A stretch of DNA of 64,000 nt from Lama guanicoe. Lineage: Eukaryota. The position numbers and the translations under genes are program-made. The notes under the pieces were generated by a model, which saw only the letters and a list, made by a program, of their open reading frames with translations, was not told where the DNA came from and did no database searches. Shown here one piece after another: positions 61,193 to 64,000 of the stretch; the first letter of the stretch is position 1, and every line of letters begins with the position of its first letter. The stretch lies in the NCBI GenBank assembly GCA_013239625.1, contig MU053379.1, positions 1,420,974-1,484,973 on the forward strand, read 5' to 3'.

Positions 61193-64000
61193 GGCCCCGC
61201 GAGGCCACGTTGTTCGCCTGACGCTCCTCCTTTTGAGCAGCTCCAATCTTTACAGCCAGATGCAGGGTTCAGGTGAGTCCTGTCTTAGCTCCCTCGGACA
61301 CGGCCGGGGTTTCCGCTCTGTTCTGCGGGACAGAGCTTTGCTAAATAAACACGTGGTGACTGATTAGGGGAAACGAGAGCCCCGCTTGGTCTCCGCTCAC
61401 GTCCTTCCATTTAAACAACCTCGTTAGCTGTTTAAAACCACACAGAGTTGCTGACTGAGGAAAATACCCTGAATGCAGCAGAACAGATGGTTCCCTGCAT
61501 CCTCCCTGTCTGGGACTAACCTGACTTGTTTCCCCATACATGCATCTGGTCTTACCAAGTATACCAAACCGGGCAGTCAGGGTCCTGGGGACACGCTGTC
61601 CCCTTTGGCTGTAGGGCACGGTGCAGTGCAGTGGCCTCAGAACTCACCATGGAGCATCAGTGGCTTCTTCAAGGAGAAAAGTGGCCCTCTGCTCACATGC
61701 AGGCCTCCACAGGCATCACCTGTTAATCCTGTTGGACATGCCTCCCCTGCTGCAGAGGGACCCTACAACTGGTTCCTGGTGAATGTGTCTATGTGAGGGT
61801 TGTGATTCGAGGGACACCTGTACAGGCCCAGCCATCTGGCTGACAGTGACTGTGAGCGAGCAGGGTTGGCACAGAGTGGCCAGGAGCTAGGGGAAGACAG
61901 AGCATTCTCCGCCTGCTGAGGTGTGGCTGCTCCCAGCTAAGGTCGCTGGAGGAATGAGGTGCGCATGGGGTTTCAGAGATCCTTGATGTCTCCTCTTTGT
62001 TCCGTGGATAATTTTATGCCACCGTTTGGGTAAATAAGATGTATCCATAGCTTCTTAGTGGAGAGAGGTCAGAGGGGAGAATTGTTTTCATATTAATGGT
62101 CAAATTACAATTTTTAAGAAGTTAAAACCCAATTCTCTTTCAGATGTATAGAGAGCAGGTGTCAAATGTTTCTTAAGTCATCAGAGAGAGCCAGCTGGAG
62201 GGCGGTGGGGGAGCTGTGAGAGAGATGAGAGTGAGGGGTCAGCTACAGAATGATGGAATGCGGTCACTTAGGTCAGTACGAATCGGTTAATGCCCATCAG
62301 ACCGTAACCTTCGGGATTTCTGTTTCTGCCTTCACTGTGCCTGCTGCTGGCCCGGCTGTGATAGTGGCTGTCTGCTCTGCACCTTGGGCACGTAGCTGGG
62401 TCCTGCCACACACCTTCTCCACCCCCTACACCCCCTTGGAGCGTGAACACAGCAAGCTCTGTTCCCGGCTTGAAGCCTGGGGGACTTCCTGGTGGAAGAG
62501 AGCCTGCCCCCCAGATCGCTCCCTTTTTCCGTGCAGGTGCTGAGCCCACTCGCCCCAGAAGTTGGGGAGCTCCCCTGCACGTCTGCTTCATCTTGAGGTG
62601 TGCCTCTCCCTAGGCCTCCTGTCCTGTCGTGTCCCCGCAGCTGTGCCTGGCCCTGCGAACACCGGAAGAAAAGGCTAAGCTAAACCAAGTCGCCAAGGAG
62701 GCAGGCGTTCTGGAACCTCTGTTTTGGTGGGAGAGAGGTTGAAGCCATGTTTAAAATGAAACTGTAGCATTTTCTGTGGATATAATCTGTAAAATGATGG
62801 CTAATCAAAACTTGGCAAAGTTCTCTCCCCTGGTTGCAAGTTCTTTGGACTCCCTGTAAAATGTCCCAAAGTTCTAAAGATCAGTGTATCAGGTCTAATT
62901 CACATGCTTGATGTTCTTTGCAGATAATGGGGTCAAACATCGTTGGTTCGTTTTCTGCACTGCTTTTCCTTGGGAGAATTTTGATGTTAAATTGCTGGTA
63001 CACAGATATTCCAAGTGTGCTTGGTGTCTGTCACTGGCGCTGACTCTCGCTGTTGTAGCTTATGTCAAATGTGAGACAGACTGAGTGGTTTGCGGTTGGA
63101 CCTACCTTCTATATTTTGAGTTTCTGCTAAGGGGAGGCCAGCCCTGCCGTGCTCTTGGTTTCTCGGATGTTTCAAACTGTTCTTCAGGTGACTGACATTC
63201 AGTAAACCCAGCATGTTTCAGGGGTGCCTTCTCCATCCATTTTCAAAACCATGCTGTTTTTTTGGAGCAAACATAATCCATGTGATTCTTTTCACTCAGT
63301 TCATCTAAATATTGTTTCAGGATCTGAACCCTTTGATATCCCAGAAGCACTTAGATTCCCACCTTTAAAAAAAAATGGGTATAGTGTTTTTCTGCTTCCA
63401 CAAAAGGAGAAACAGTGTTTTAAGACCGAGAAGGAACCTGAGCTCTGAATGTGTCCAGATACTGGTTGGTGACACGTGGGGTCCTGCCAGTTGGGGCAGC
63501 AGCCTCACATCATCCTGGCTACTCTGCACAGAGGCCAGACGCTCTCGGTGACACACACCCATCACAGACATCTGCCTGGTCAACCCAGCGTCTCGGGGAG
63601 GCCTGAGACTCATCCAAGGGCTGCTTTCTGACTCCTAGAAGGAGTAGACATTACCCTTCTGGCATATTTGGATCTTTCTTTGTTCTGAAAGGTATGTAGA
63701 AAGATTTCAGTCTTTTAAAAACAATATAACAGGCCGAACTGTGATCTTATAAATTTTGATTGAGATAAAAGAGTTGTTTGTTCATCTTTTGTAATAAAAC
63801 TAGTTTATCTCCTTCTGGGTTTGCGACTGCCAGGGTTCTTGTTACTTTGTCTTTCTATCTCCTTAGAAGACTTAGAGCTTAAGCTGAATGTAACCAGCCA
63901 GGACTGTAAATTAACAGGCCGCACCACGTTGATTCAAAACTCCCTGTGCAGAGGGGTGCCAAGGAAGTGGAGAAATTAGTGTGGCATTCTCCTTCAAACT

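Noticed and set aside
1..64000. CRISPR arrays, operons or other prokaryote-type systems
   Set aside because: The sequence is clearly mammalian and I saw no regularly spaced repeat-spacer array.

Overview
Mammalian, repeat-rich, apparently non-coding DNA with three assembly gaps (3208-3633, 36023-36065, 61171-61180). Seven copies of a tRNA-derived SINE resembling camelid Vic-1 suggest alpaca or camel. I recognise no host protein-coding exon. The ORFs I can assign are decayed LINE-1 ORF2 or ERVL pol fragments; the rest look like chance ORFs. The younger L1s, the long L2s and the ERV are mostly on the minus strand, which fits a large intron of a plus-strand gene (inference; gene not identified). 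The main structures are: a ~2.1 kb near-identical tandem duplication with a sequenced junction (1695-5887), two 5'-inverted (twin-primed) L1 insertions, a ~4.2 kb decayed ERVL provirus (LTR-gag-pro-RT-RNaseH-IN), a few micro-exon candidates and candidate enhancer blocks. Repeat subfamily names come from my memory of consensus sequences, not from a search, and repeat boundaries are approximate. I found no convincing previously undescribed biological system; the findings are modest leads.
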